Shown piece after piece: positions 8,595-19,483 of a stretch of 64,000 nucleotides of DNA; the stretch's first letter is position 1; every line of letters begins with the position of its first letter. Source of the DNA: Candidatus Magasanikiibacteriota bacterium (GTDB lineage Bacteria; Patescibacteriota; Patescibacteriia; Magasanikbacterales; UBA922). The stretch spans positions 196,948 through 260,947 of the forward strand of contig JAKITS010000001.1 in NCBI GenBank assembly GCA_021648085.1, in the 5' to 3' direction. The translations under genes and the position numbers were made by a program. A model generated the notes under the pieces. The model was not told the DNA's origin and did no database searches. It saw only the letters and a list, made by a program, of their open reading frames with translations.

Positions 8595-10640
8595 ATGAGT
8601 TCAATAAAGAAGAAGTTGCGTGCAAAGACAAGGTGGGGAGTGATAGGAATTTTTGTGTTACTTTTGGCGACAGTTATTTTTGACGCGCCAAACTTGTTCA
8701 ACGGTTGGGTAGAAAGTATAAATAATAAAACAGGAATTGGAATCCCAATGGTTTTGGACAAGGAGTTTGCTTTAGGGTTAGACCTTCAAGGTGGAGCCCA
8801 TCTTGTATATCAAGCTGATGTTAGTCAGATAGATGTGGAAGATCGTGGCGATGCAGTAGAAGGTGTGAGAGATGTAATTGAAAGGCGTGTAAACGCAATT
8901 GGTGTGGGAGAGCCAAATGTACAAACAACAAAAGTTGGAGAAGATTATCGTGTAATTGTAGAATTACCAGGTGTCACAGATATACAAGAAGCAAAAGATA
9001 AAATTGGCGAGACTCCAATTTTGGAATTTAAAAAAGAAAACATAATTCCTCCGCGTGAACTAACAGAAGAGGAGAGAATAGAAATGGACGAGTTTAATAA
9101 AATAGCTCGTAAAAAAGCAGAAGGATATTTAACAGAAATTAAAAACGGTACAGACTTTGAAGAGTTTGCGGAGCAAAATTCAGAAGATGAACTAAGCAGA
9201 AATAATGGTGGATATTTAGGGTTTATTTCTAGTGTTGGTCCTTATGCAGATTTGTACAGTTGGGCTAGCTCTGTAAGCGATGGTTCTGTATCTCAAGAAT
9301 TACTAGAAACAAATCAAGGTTTTGCAATTGCAAAAAGAGGTGGGTCTACAGATGGGGATATGGAGGTTCGTGCAAGTCATATTTTGATTTGTTATCTAGG
9401 TGCTTCTAGGTGTGAGGGTGCGAATTATACAAAAACAGAAGCGTTGGCAAAAGCACAGAAAATTTTTGAGCAGGCAAATGCTGATAATTTTGCAGATTTA
9501 GCAATCCAATGGTCCACAGATCCAGGTTCAAAGGAAAATGGTGGAGATCTTGGGTTTTTTCCAAAAGAGGCAATGGTAGGCGATTTTGGAGAAGCTTCGT
9601 TTAATGCGAGTGTTGGAGAAATAGTGGGTCCAGTAGAAACTCAATACGGTTTTCATATAATTTATAAAACAGATGAAAAAATAAACCAAAACATAGAAGC
9701 TTGGTATTTGGTAGTCAGCACAAAATCAGAATTAGATATTTTACCACCACAAGATCCGTGGATGAATACAGGACTTTCTGGAAAACAATTGGAAAGAGCC
9801 GAGGTTGTAAGTAATCCAAACACTGGGGCTGTTCAAGTTTCACTTCAGTTTGATTCTGAAGGAACAGAATTATTTAAAAATATAACTACTGAAAATGTTG
9901 GAAAGCCGATTGCGATTTATTTGGACGGTGAGCCGATAAGTATCCCAAGAGTAAATGAGCCTATCACAGACGGTAGTGCTGTAATTAGTGGAAGTTTCAA
10001 CATTACAGAAGCAGGACTACTTTCACAAAGATTAAACGCTGGTGCACTTCCTGTTCCTGTTGAGATAATATCTCAACAAACAGTTGGTGCGACACTAGGT
10101 ATAGAATCTATGCAAAAAAGTTTGAAAGCTGCAGCGATTGCAATAGTACTGGTTATGATATTTATGATTGTGTACTATCGTATTCCTGGGTTAATTTCTG
10201 TTATTTCTTTATCACTTTATATATCACTTACACTTGCTTTGTTCAAGCTTATCGGTGTTACACTTACTTTGGCTGGAATTGCAGGTTTTGTACTTTCAAT
10301 TGGAATGGCTGTGGATGCAAATGTTCTTATATTTGAGAGGTTAAAAGAAGAGTTGAAATTGGGAAAGAGTTTGAAAACTGCCACAGAAGAAGGGTTTATT
10401 CGCGCTTGGAGCTCTATTCGAGATGGAAACATATCAACACTTATTACTTGTGCGCTACTTATTATGCTTGGTACAAGTTTTGTAAAAGGTTTTGCTATTA
10501 CACTTGGAATTGGTATATTTGTAAGTTTGTTCACAGCAATTACTGTCACAAGAGTTTTATTGAGATATATAGCTCCTTGGTTCAAAGAAAAAGGGAATAT
10601 GTTATTTTTAGGATATAGACCAAATAAAGATGCAAAATAA
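8595..10640 (+). CDS. secD: protein translocase subunit SecD with inserted parvulin (PpiC) PPIase domains
   Basis: LGLDLQGG, GMAVDANVLIFER; insert with SED..NGGYLG and VRASHIL..STDPGSKENGGDLG..TQYGFHII. Confidence 0.95.
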   Translation: MSSIKKKLRAKTRWGVIGIFVLLLATVIFDAPNLFNGWVESINNKTGIGIPMVLDKEFALGLDLQGGAHLVYQADVSQIDVEDRGDAVEGVRDVIERRVNAIGVGEPNVQTTKVGEDYRVIVELPGVTDIQEAKDKIGETPILEFKKENIIPPRELTEEERIEMDEFNKIARKKAEGYLTEIKNGTDFEEFAEQNSEDELSRNNGGYLGFISSVGPYADLYSWASSVSDGSVSQELLETNQGFAIAKRGGSTDGDMEVRASHILICYLGASRCEGANYTKTEALAKAQKIFEQANADNFADLAIQWSTDPGSKENGGDLGFFPKEAMVGDFGEASFNASVGEIVGPVETQYGFHIIYKTDEKINQNIEAWYLVVSTKSELDILPPQDPWMNTGLSGKQLERAEVVSNPNTGAVQVSLQFDSEGTELFKNITTENVGKPIAIYLDGEPISIPRVNEPITDGSAVISGSFNITEAGLLSQRLNAGALPVPVEIISQQTVGATLGIESMQKSLKAAAIAIVLVMIFMIVYYRIPGLISVISLSLYISLTLALFKLIGVTLTLAGIAGFVLSIGMAVDANVLIFERLKEELKLGKSLKTATEEGFIRAWSSIRDGNISTLITCALLIMLGTSFVKGFAITLGIGIFVSLFTAITVTRVLLRYIAPWFKEKGNMLFLGYRPNKDAK

Positions 10641-10644
10641 ATAT

Positions 10645-11556
10645 ATGAAAAAGAACTTTAAAATTGTAGATTATAGAAAGGTTAGTTTTACTTTTTCAGC
10701 TGTTATTGTTGGAATAAGTATAATTTTGCTTGCAGTGTTTGGTCTAAAACCAGGAATAGACTTTGCTGGCGGATCACTTATGGAGTTTGAGTTTGCGACA
10801 GAGCGACCAAACAACTCAGAGATAATGGAAGTTCTGGAAGGTTATGAAAGTGTAGCTGTTCAATCTGTGGATGAAAAAGGTGTTCTGATAAAAATGAAAT
10901 TTATTGGTGAGGAAGAACACAAAGATATATTGGAAAAAGTTAGGGCAAGTTTTGAAACAGAAGAAAATAGAGTTTTGGAACAGCGTTTTGAAACTATTGG
11001 ACCAACTATCAGTACACAGCTTAGAGAAAGGTCTGTTTATATTATTCTGACAGTTATAATCGCTATAGTTTTGTATGTGGCCTACGCCTTTAGAAGAGTT
11101 TCAAGACCGATCCAATCTTGGAAGTATGGTGTTTCTGCTATTATTGCATTGGTTCACGATGTTATTATTACTTTGGGTATATTTGCAATTTTAGGTAGGT
11201 ATTTTGGAGTAGAAATAAATGTGGCGTTTGTGGTGGCATTAATGACAATTTTAGGTTATTCTGTAAACGACTCTATTGTTGTATTCGATCGTGTTCGTGA
11301 AAATCTTATTAAAAAAGGAAGTGACAGATTTGTGGAATCTATCAATCAAGGTGTGCAAGATACAATCCCGCGCTCAATAAATACTTCTGCTACAACACTT
11401 TTAGTGTTAACAGCATTATTCTTGTTTGGTGGAGAGTCAATCCATTACTTCTCACTTGCACTTATAATTGGAATTTTGACTGGAACATATTCTTCAATAT
11501 TCTTAGCAGCACCGCTTTTGGCGACTTGGCAAGATTTGGCAAAACGAAAAAAGTAA
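10645..11556 (+). CDS. secF: protein translocase subunit SecF
   Basis: GIDFAGG, GYSVNDSIVVFDRVRE, GTYSSIFLA. Confidence 0.96.
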   Translation: MKKNFKIVDYRKVSFTFSAVIVGISIILLAVFGLKPGIDFAGGSLMEFEFATERPNNSEIMEVLEGYESVAVQSVDEKGVLIKMKFIGEEEHKDILEKVRASFETEENRVLEQRFETIGPTISTQLRERSVYIILTVIIAIVLYVAYAFRRVSRPIQSWKYGVSAIIALVHDVIITLGIFAILGRYFGVEINVAFVVALMTILGYSVNDSIVVFDRVRENLIKKGSDRFVESINQGVQDTIPRSINTSATTLLVLTALFLFGGESIHYFSLALIIGILTGTYSSIFLAAPLLATWQDLAKRKK

Positions 11557-11572
11557 AAAATATATAAATTCA

Positions 11573-11599
11573 AAAATCTCGCAATTAAGCGAGATTTTT
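11573..11599 (+). terminator. intrinsic terminator after secF
   Basis: AAAATCTCGC-AATTAA-GCGAGATTTTT. Confidence 0.75.
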
Positions 11600-11617
11600 A
11601 TTTGTATTATTTCTTTA

Positions 11618-11656
11618 TGGCATCTTGAGCAAAACTAAGTGGAGTCGAAAGATCCC
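11618..11656 (+). repeat. degenerate YGTC-tagged REP-like palindrome
   Basis: GGCATCTTGAGC...AGTCGAAAGATCCC plus A-rich tail shared with other copies. Confidence 0.7.
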
Positions 11657-11710
11657 TGTGCAATATCACAAAAACATAAATAATTAAAATAAAATATTAG
11701 TTCCTTTTTC

Positions 11711-12000
11711 TGTCATTTTGAATCAAAGCGGGGCTTGCCTGCCAGCAAGAATCCCTTAAACATTGATTTAAAAACATTCTTTTTTAACCATAACATCAAA
11801 ATGTTCTCACTTTACCTTTTGACACCAAGATGTAACCAAAAGTGCCGAACGGTTGATAATTTACGGCTTAATTTTTTATAAAGATTTATTTAACTCACCA
11901 CAGTTCGCTAAATTCGTTATTTTCTGTATTCTCAGAAAACCATAAATCTTTATAAAAAATTAGTCCAAAAATTTCAAATGTTCGGGAGGTTAGGGGGAAA
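11711..12000 (+). repeat. full copy 2 of ~300-bp structured intergenic element
   Basis: aligns end to end with 33022-33322; long stem CCGAAC..TTTTTTATAAAGATTTAT / ATAAATCTTTATAAAAAA..GTTCGG. Confidence 0.9.
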
Positions 12001-12060
12001 AATAAGATATCGTATATATTATTTCTATGATATAATAAATTCATCATTATAATATAAAAT

Positions 12061-12210
12061 ATGATCAGACATTTTATTGCTTTTATTGGAGCTTTAGTAG
12101 CTCTGCTAATTTATTGGGTTGGTTATGTTTCTGGTGCCAACGGCTGGTTTTGGACAGCTATTGGAATTCTGATAGTATATACAGCTGTGTATAACTTGGT
12201 TGATGCTTAA
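12061..12210 (+). CDS. small membrane protein (49 aa, not in ORF track)
   Basis: MIRHFIAFIGALVALLIYWVGYVSGANGWFWTAIGILIVYTAVYNLVDA*, two TM segments, ends 2 bp before next ATG. Confidence 0.7.
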   Translation: MIRHFIAFIGALVALLIYWVGYVSGANGWFWTAIGILIVYTAVYNLVDA

Positions 12211-12212
12211 TT

Positions 12213-13613
12213 ATGACAAGTTTAGATTCATTTATAAAATTATTGATAGATTTTTTTTCGAGTCCTGTTGATGTTGTAATATTCAAATTATTTATTACAT
12301 TTGGTTGGGCTATTTTTGTGTGGCTTCTTTTGTTTGTTGCTATTTATTTTTATGTAGAATACAGACAGGGAAAATATATGAAAGATTGGAAGTGGGTTTT
12401 GCTTGCAATAGATATTCCAGCAAACAATGAACAGAGTCCAAAAGCAGTAGAACAACTTTTTGCTCATTTGGCAGGTGCACTAAATAAGCCAGATATTGCA
12501 GAAAAATATCGCGGTGGTTTTGTTCAGCGTTGGTTTAGTTTTGAGATTATTAGTATAGATGGTTATATTCAATTTTTGGTTCGCACAGAGGAGTCATTGC
12601 GAGATTTGGTAGAAGCTGCAATGTATGCTCAATATCCAGAAGCAGATATTACAGAAGTGGAAGATTATACAATAAATACACCAAAAAGTTTTCCAGATGA
12701 AGAATATGACATTTGGGCGGCAGATTTTGGTCTTGCTGAAAACAACGCTTACCCACTTCGTACTTACAGAGATTTTGAGCATTCTGTAGCAAGAACAGAA
12801 ACTACTGCACTTCGTGATCCAATGAGTGCTTTTTTGGAGAGTTTTAGTAGGATTGGTCAAGGTGAGCAAATGTGGTTTCAGATTCTAATTTCACCAATTT
12901 CAAATAATTGGAAAGAAAAAGCGATCAAAAAAATAAAAGAGATGATTGGTGAAAATTCTTCGTCAAAATCAATTGGAGACATGATGACAGATGCACCGTT
13001 AAAACTTTTGCAAGGTATTGGAGATCAATTTTTCACTACAGAATCAACTCCAACAAGACCAGAGCCTTTGAACAAGCTTTCTATGATGACTCCAGGACAA
13101 GTGAAACTTGTAGAAGCAATGGAAAATAAAATTAGTAAGATTGGTTTTAGGACAAAAATGAGAGGGGTGTATTTGGCTCGCAAAGAAGTTTTTAGACCAA
13201 ACAGAGGAGTCAGTGCATTAATGGGTGCTATTAATCAGTTCAATGTTCCAAGTGCAAACTCTTTAGTTCCAAAGAGTGGAGTAGGGGCATCATACTTTTT
13301 TACTAAAAATCGTTCAAACACAAAAAAGATAAATTTATTGAACTCTTACAAAAAAAGAAAGATTTCAAATGGTTCAGATCCTTTTGTTTTGAACATAGAA
13401 GAACTTGCAACTATTTGGCATTTTCCTATTTCCACAGTTAAAACTCCGCTTCTACAAAAATCAGAAGGCAAGAAATCAGAACCGCCAATTTCACTCCCAA
13501 TGGAAAGGGTGTTTGGTGAAACTGTATTAGAAGAAAAAATACCAGAAAATAAAAACTCATTCAAAACAGATGCCGGAGATTTTGGCTACGGCTCAGAAGA
13601 AAACTTTGGATAG
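12213..13613 (+). CDS. CPR-type membrane-anchored hypothetical protein (resembles N-terminal partner domain of CPR VirD4-like ATPases)
   Basis: N-terminal TM; FSFEIIS, AQYPEADITEVEDY, YPLRTY, LNIEELATIWHFP motifs. Confidence 0.7.
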   Translation: MTSLDSFIKLLIDFFSSPVDVVIFKLFITFGWAIFVWLLLFVAIYFYVEYRQGKYMKDWKWVLLAIDIPANNEQSPKAVEQLFAHLAGALNKPDIAEKYRGGFVQRWFSFEIISIDGYIQFLVRTEESLRDLVEAAMYAQYPEADITEVEDYTINTPKSFPDEEYDIWAADFGLAENNAYPLRTYRDFEHSVARTETTALRDPMSAFLESFSRIGQGEQMWFQILISPISNNWKEKAIKKIKEMIGENSSSKSIGDMMTDAPLKLLQGIGDQFFTTESTPTRPEPLNKLSMMTPGQVKLVEAMENKISKIGFRTKMRGVYLARKEVFRPNRGVSALMGAINQFNVPSANSLVPKSGVGASYFFTKNRSNTKKINLLNSYKKRKISNGSDPFVLNIEELATIWHFPISTVKTPLLQKSEGKKSEPPISLPMERVFGETVLEEKIPENKNSFKTDAGDFGYGSEENFG

Positions 13614-13630
13614 GAAATAAATTTTAAATA

Positions 13631-13661
13631 AAAAAACCTGCTTTTTACAACAGGTTTTTTT
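13631..13661. terminator. bidirectional intrinsic terminator
   Basis: AAAAAACCTG...CAGGTTTTTTT between convergent genes. Confidence 0.7.
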
Positions 13662-13673
13662 GTTTATTTTTCT

Positions 13674-15119
13674 CTAAGCTCTAGCAAGTGTTTCTTTTTT
13701 ATCCATCTTTTTCAACAAGTGAGTCAAAATAGGTGGAGTGAGAAGTGTGGTCAAAATAACCATAATTACGATTATAGAGAATACTTCGTCAGAAACAACT
13801 CCTAGAGTTTTTCCAATTGTTGCAAAGATAAGCCCAACTTCACCACGAGGCACCATTCCAAAACCAATCAAAGCTTTGTTTACACCTTTTCCAGCGGCGT
13901 AACCAGCGATGATTTTTCCGAAAAATGCTACAACTGTTAAAGTCAGAGCAACTGCCAAAACCTTGATATCAAACATCGTCTCAATTTTTACAGTCATGCC
14001 TGTCACAACAAAGAAAATAGGTATTAAGAAGTGCCCAATTGGATTTATAAGCTCGTCTATATGATGATCTGAATATTTATTTATGGCGCGCGTCACCTTT
14101 GCCTTTAGAGCTGGCTCCGCATCTTGTACAGCTTCTTTTACATGGCTTACAACCTCTGGATCTTTGAAAAATCTAAAGTGAACAGAATCTAAAATTAATC
14201 CTGCTGCAAAAGCACCAACAATAGGAGCAAGTCCAATAATAGAAGCAAGATAAGCAAATATAAGACCAAATGAAATTATAATTGTAAATTTCATTCCAAC
14301 ACCAGAGTGAATTTTTGAAAACAATTTTCCAATATGTTTTGCAAGTAATTGACCTAAAACAATTGAACCAACAAGGAACATAATTGCTTTTGCAGTGATT
14401 AAAGTAATAGTTCCTAAACTCACTGCTCCAGCCGTCACAAGTGCAGAAATAACTGCCAAAATAATAAGTCCTAAAACATCGTCAATTACAGCAGCGCCAA
14501 GTACAATCTGTGCTTCTTTCATTTGTAGTTTTCCTAAATCTTGGAAAACTCTAGCTGTAATTCCTACAGAGGTTGCTGTAAGTGCAGCTCCTAAAAATAA
14601 GTAAGCATTTGGATCTAAACCAGGCATAAGCCAAGGCCCCACAATATAAGCTCCAAGTATAAAAGGTAGAACAACACCAACAATTGCAACCATTAATGCT
14701 TTGGTCCCAACTTTTTTCATTTCGCTTATTTTTGATTCCAATCCTATTTGGAATAGTAAAATTACAACTCCTAATTCTGCCAAAAATGTAATAATAGAAT
14801 CGTGTTTTATTGGCTCAAACCAGTGAATTCCAAGTAGTGCAATATTTCCCAAAATAACACCCATTACCAATTCTCCCAAAACAGACGGTTGTCCAAATTT
14901 CTCAATTAAGCTAGATATTTTTGCAAATATCAATATCACAGCAATCCACAAAAAAGTAGATGCAAGTGCTCCGTGACCTTCTACAGCGCCTTCACCAGCT
15001 TTTGCAATAAAAGGTGCGACAGCGTATACAAAAAGTGAAAAAAATAAGGCTTTTTTTACAAACCTTTTAGATTTTGAGGGATTAAATTTCCCGCGAAGTG
15101 TCTTGAGTATGGAATTCAT
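13674..15119 (-). CDS. cation:proton antiporter (CPA2/NapA family)
   Basis: multiple TM; ATSVGIT, GAAVIDDVLG, GMVPRGEVGL. Confidence 0.9.
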   Translation of the reverse strand: MNSILKTLRGKFNPSKSKRFVKKALFFSLFVYAVAPFIAKAGEGAVEGHGALASTFLWIAVILIFAKISSLIEKFGQPSVLGELVMGVILGNIALLGIHWFEPIKHDSIITFLAELGVVILLFQIGLESKISEMKKVGTKALMVAIVGVVLPFILGAYIVGPWLMPGLDPNAYLFLGAALTATSVGITARVFQDLGKLQMKEAQIVLGAAVIDDVLGLIILAVISALVTAGAVSLGTITLITAKAIMFLVGSIVLGQLLAKHIGKLFSKIHSGVGMKFTIIISFGLIFAYLASIIGLAPIVGAFAAGLILDSVHFRFFKDPEVVSHVKEAVQDAEPALKAKVTRAINKYSDHHIDELINPIGHFLIPIFFVVTGMTVKIETMFDIKVLAVALTLTVVAFFGKIIAGYAAGKGVNKALIGFGMVPRGEVGLIFATIGKTLGVVSDEVFSIIVIMVILTTLLTPPILTHLLKKMDKKETLARA

Positions 15120-15236
15120 ACTATTTTTTTAGAGTTAAAAATAATGTTATAATTTTAATCTTTTTTTATTAAATTGTCAATTATTTTTTTAGCTTGATAT
15201 TTTTGTGGATTCAAGTATATTATAAGTATATAAATT

Positions 15237-17054
15237 ATGGCAGATACAAATACACAATTGATAAAAGACAAAATAGATGTGGGTGATTTGGTAGGTGAAT
15301 ATGTAAAGCTAAAACCTGCAGGAACAAACTTGAAAGGTTTGTGTCCTTTTCATTCCGAAAAAACAGGGTCTTTTATGGTGAGCCGAGAAAAGCAGATTTG
15401 GCATTGTTTTGGTTGTAGTAAAGGAGGGGACATTTTTACTTTTATTCAAGAAATAGAAGGAATGGATTTTGTGGAAGCTTTGCGACTTTTGGCGAACAGG
15501 GCTGGGGTGGAGATGGAAACTTACAAAAGCGAAATAGATAAAAGTCAAAAAAATAGATTGTTCGAAATAAATATTCAGGCACTTAGATTTTTTTATAATT
15601 TTCTAGAAAAAATGCCAACGGCTAAGCCTGCGAGAGATTATTTGAAAAATAGAGGATTGATACAGGAAACAATAGACGAGTGGAGAATTGGTTTTGCACC
15701 AGATCAGTGGAGTTTGCTGACAAATTATCTGCTCAAAAAAGGATTTTCAATAGACGATTTGGTGTTTTCCGGTTTGACTATAAAAAAAGATGGGGCAAAT
15801 TCTATGAGTGGGCGAGGTTTTTATGATAGATTTCGAGGAAGAATTATGTTTCCAATTTGGGATATAAACAATAATGTAGTTGGTTTTACGGGTCGTGTAT
15901 TAGTAGAAACAGAAAAGAGTGGGGGAAAATATGTAAATACTCCGCAAAGTCCTGTTTATGATAAATCTGCTGTGGTTTTTGGATTGAATAAAGCAAAGCA
16001 AATAATAAGAAAACAAAAAAAAGTTTTGGTGGTAGAAGGGCAAATGGATGTGATAGCTTGTTGGCAGGCAGATATGAGATATGTTGTGGCAAGTAGTGGT
16101 ACGGCGCTCACTGAAAGGCAAATTAAACTTTTGAAAAGATATGCGCCAGAAATGATAATGAGTTTTGATGCTGATAATGCTGGACAAATTGCAGCAAAAA
16201 GAGGTGTGGATATTGCAAGAACTCAAGAAATGAGTGTAAAAGTTGTAATGCTCCAAGAAGAGTTTGGTAAAGATCCAGACGAAGCTATAAAAAAAGATAA
16301 AGAAAAATGGTTTGAATTGGTGGATGGTGCAAAAGATGTAATGGATTGGAATTTTGAGAGAATTTTCAAAGGAAAAGATGTAAATAATCCAAAAGATAAA
16401 CAAAAAATAGCAGAGGATTTGCTTTTGGAAATCTCATTTATTCCAAAAGAGATTGAAAAAGATCATTGGATGCAAAAACTTTCTTCGGAGTTGGGTGTGG
16501 ATATTTCAGTTTTACGAGATGAGGCGAAGAGGTTATTTTCTTTGCAGAAAAAAAGATTTAGAAAGGTGGAGGATAAACAAAAAGAAGAGGAAGAAACTGA
16601 AATAAAAAAAAATAGACTAGATTTGCTTATTGAAGAGGTTTTACTTTTACTTTTTAAGTTTCCAAAAACAGCAGAATTAGTATTTAAAAATTTAGAAGAA
16701 AAGTATTTCTCTGGTTCCGAGTATAAAAAACTTTACGAATTGCTGAAAAAAGAGTATACTAAGTCTTGTGATTTTGATTTTACAAAAATACAAGATTATT
16801 TTGTTTTCAAAGATGCAGAAATTTTAACTAAAATTTTAATTTTAGAAGGAAAAGGAAGCAAAGAAATTTATAATTTTAACAAAGACAAAGCAGAGGTAGA
16901 CATTATATTTGCAATAAAAGAAATAAAAGAAGATTGGAAAAAGGAACAACTTCAAAAACTGCAAATATTACTAGATAGAGCACAGAATAAGGGGGATAAT
17001 CAAAAAACCTCAGAACTTTTGTTAGAATTAAATAAAATGTTAAAAAAGAATTAA
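15237..17054 (+). CDS. dnaG: DNA primase
   Basis: CPFH..HCFGC Zn finger, [38 protein letters not shown]. Confidence 0.97.
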   Translation: MADTNTQLIKDKIDVGDLVGEYVKLKPAGTNLKGLCPFHSEKTGSFMVSREKQIWHCFGCSKGGDIFTFIQEIEGMDFVEALRLLANRAGVEMETYKSEIDKSQKNRLFEINIQALRFFYNFLEKMPTAKPARDYLKNRGLIQETIDEWRIGFAPDQWSLLTNYLLKKGFSIDDLVFSGLTIKKDGANSMSGRGFYDRFRGRIMFPIWDINNNVVGFTGRVLVETEKSGGKYVNTPQSPVYDKSAVVFGLNKAKQIIRKQKKVLVVEGQMDVIACWQADMRYVVASSGTALTERQIKLLKRYAPEMIMSFDADNAGQIAAKRGVDIARTQEMSVKVVMLQEEFGKDPDEAIKKDKEKWFELVDGAKDVMDWNFERIFKGKDVNNPKDKQKIAEDLLLEISFIPKEIEKDHWMQKLSSELGVDISVLRDEAKRLFSLQKKRFRKVEDKQKEEEETEIKKNRLDLLIEEVLLLLFKFPKTAELVFKNLEEKYFSGSEYKKLYELLKKEYTKSCDFDFTKIQDYFVFKDAEILTKILILEGKGSKEIYNFNKDKAEVDIIFAIKEIKEDWKKEQLQKLQILLDRAQNKGDNQKTSELLLELNKMLKKN

Positions 17055-17083
17055 TTTTAAATTTAAAGTATTGGCTAATATTT

Positions 17084-18433
17084 ATGCCAGCTAAAGCTAA
17101 AAAAACTACAACTCAAAAGGGGGATAAAAAAACTGCTAAAAAGGCAGTTCAAACACGTTTAACGGTCAAAAAACCAAAGAACGACAAAAAAACTTCAGTA
17201 AAAAAACAGGCAACAAAAAAAGTTGTTACAAAAAAAATAAAAGCTAAAACTTCTAGAAAACCTAGAAGTATTAAAGATGTAGAAAAAAAGGTGCAAAAAA
17301 GATCTATAATCAAAAAATCTGATCTGCCACCCCCACCGTCTCAATTGCAAGTAATGTCATTGATACAAAAAGGTAGGGGTAGGGGTTTTTTGATAGAAAT
17401 AGAAGTTTTGCGTATATTCCCACATTTAGAAAGATATTTACCACTTTATCTGTGGTTTTTGGATGAATTGGATGTAAATAGTATTACTATTACAGAATCC
17501 AAAGATGGTGGAATTTTGGGAGACAGAAGTCGACACAATGAACTTTTGGAAGGTTTACAAGGAAAACATCCAGATACGGCTGGTGGTAAATTCGATCTAA
17601 GTTCAATTGCTCAGGATTCTATTCAAATGTATTTGCGTGAAATAGGAAAAATTCCTTTGCTTACTGCAGAAGAGGAGGTTTCACTTGCAAAGAGAAAAGA
17701 AAGGTTTGATAAAGAAGCTGAAAAGAAAATGATTGAGGCAAACTTGCGTTTGGTAGTTTCAATTGCAAAAAGGTTTGTTGGAAAATCTTTAACACTTTTA
17801 GATTTAATTCAAGAGGGGAACATTGGACTTTTTCGCGCAGTGAAAAAGTTCGATTATAGGCGTGGTTATAAATTTTCTACTTATGCAACTTGGTGGATTC
17901 GCCAGGCTATTACTCGCGCATTGGCAGACCAATCTAGGACAATTCGTATTCCGGTGCATATGGTAGAGACTATCAACAGATTTCAACAAATGCAAAGAAG
18001 ACTTTTGCAAGATTTGGGGCGTGACCCAACTCCAGAAGAGCTTGCTGCAGAAATGGATGAGTCTTTGGTAAAAATTAAACACATTATAAAAATTTCTCAA
18101 GGAACCGTTTCTCTTGAGACTTCTGTGGGAGATGATGATGATGATTCATCACTTTCAGACTTTATAGAAGATGTCAAAAATATGACACCTTCTCAAAGTG
18201 CTGGTCGTGGAATTTTGCGTGGTTATATTCGCGAAGCTATTTCAGATCTTTCTGCTCGTGAACAAAAGATCTTGGAAATGCGTTTTGGATTGACCGACGG
18301 AGTCACACATACTTTGGAAGAGGTTGGTAGAGAGTTTGATGTGACACGCGAGCGTATCCGTCAGATCGAGGCAAAAGCTCTAGAGCGTATCCGCGGTTTT
18401 GATATTGTGGATAAGTTGGCGGATTATTATTAG
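17084..18433 (+). CDS. rpoD: RNA polymerase primary sigma factor with Lys-rich N-terminal extension
   Basis: [48 protein letters not shown]; follows dnaG. Confidence 0.95.
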   Translation: MPAKAKKTTTQKGDKKTAKKAVQTRLTVKKPKNDKKTSVKKQATKKVVTKKIKAKTSRKPRSIKDVEKKVQKRSIIKKSDLPPPPSQLQVMSLIQKGRGRGFLIEIEVLRIFPHLERYLPLYLWFLDELDVNSITITESKDGGILGDRSRHNELLEGLQGKHPDTAGGKFDLSSIAQDSIQMYLREIGKIPLLTAEEEVSLAKRKERFDKEAEKKMIEANLRLVVSIAKRFVGKSLTLLDLIQEGNIGLFRAVKKFDYRRGYKFSTYATWWIRQAITRALADQSRTIRIPVHMVETINRFQQMQRRLLQDLGRDPTPEELAAEMDESLVKIKHIIKISQGTVSLETSVGDDDDDSSLSDFIEDVKNMTPSQSAGRGILRGYIREAISDLSAREQKILEMRFGLTDGVTHTLEEVGREFDVTRERIRQIEAKALERIRGFDIVDKLADYY

Positions 18434-18591
18434 GAAGTTCACATTTAATATAAAATATAATTATTATTTTAAATATATTTCGGATAATAAACTAGTTAGT
18501 CAAAATCACTCCATTCGGCTGTGTATTTTGATTAACGTGGCGCGGATACTCATCATTTGTTAAATTTACCACTCCCTTCGGCAGTGACTTC

Positions 18592-18678
18592 GCCTAACAG
18601 CGGATATCCAAAATTTCTTTCCGCAAACCCTTCGGGATTTGCTCCAAGAAACTTCGGATCATCCGCGCCACGTTAGCT
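18592..18678 (+). mobile_element. integron attC-like recombination site 1
   Basis: R'' GCCTAAC ... R' GTTAGCT; stem GCGGATATCC/GGATCATCCGC with one unpaired base; inner GCAAA-CCC-TTC-GGG-A-TTTGC hairpin. Confidence 0.8.
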
Positions 18679-18736
18679 GAAATTGCGCTAATTTAAATAG
18701 TCATTTATAATCAAATTATTCTTAATAAAACAACGT

Positions 18737-19201
18737 ATGCAATCAAACACGTCAAAAATCGTTCTCGCTGTAATCATTACGGCAATCGTAGTTGGGGGAG
18801 GAGTTTACTATTGGCAGTCATATCAAACAGCCGAGCCAGACAGCGCAACACAATCGCTATCAATCCGGTCTGGCATGGAAACATATTCATCTGAAAAATA
18901 CTCTTTTAATTATCCAAATAGCTACACAGTTACACTAGTAACACAATCATTCCCAGCTTTGACAGTGGAAAAAGCAGGAAATAAAAGAGTGGAAATTTTT
19001 CAGATGAAAGACTTTGGAGATCGTCCATGGGGCTTTGAAGGTACTGAAACACAAGAAGATATTGATGGTTACGTGCCAAAGAAAACCCTAACTGTAGGTT
19101 CTGGTGACAATCAGTACGAAGTCTGGCTCTATTACAGCGAGAATGACAGCCAAACTAAAAAAGAAGTGAAAGCGATTTTTGACTCAATAGTTGTTAAATA
19201 A
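18737..19201 (+). CDS. cassette-borne membrane-anchored/secreted hypothetical protein
   Basis: N-terminal TM (IVLAVIITAIVVGGGVYYW), YSFNYP motif; lies between two attC-like sites. Confidence 0.8.
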   Translation: MQSNTSKIVLAVIITAIVVGGGVYYWQSYQTAEPDSATQSLSIRSGMETYSSEKYSFNYPNSYTVTLVTQSFPALTVEKAGNKRVEIFQMKDFGDRPWGFEGTETQEDIDGYVPKKTLTVGSGDNQYEVWLYYSENDSQTKKEVKAIFDSIVVK

Positions 19202-19215
19202 ATTAGCTCAACATC

Positions 19216-19345
19216 AGCTAACAGTGTATAACCGGCTCATTCATTCCGCTTTGCTCTATTCATTCGCGCAAATTGGTTGGTTATAAACATACTCCAATAC
19301 AATATTATATAGCCAGCCAACTTCGGTTATACACAAATATTAGCT
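19216..19345 (+). mobile_element. integron attC-like site 2 (R' core is ATT instead of GTT)
   Basis: AGCTAAC-A-GTGTATAACCG ... TTGGTTGGTTATA/TATAGCCAGCCAA ... CGGTTATACAC-AAAT-ATTAGCT. Confidence 0.75.
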
Positions 19346-19483
19346 GAAATATGCTTTTCCTTTTAGGGCTATCGCCTTCGCTTTCCCAAAATGGACAAAA
19401 TTGATTTTTTTATTTTTAATAAAAAAGTAATTGAGTTTTCTCCGCTACACTCCAAAAACAATTACTAAATAATCATAATTAAT

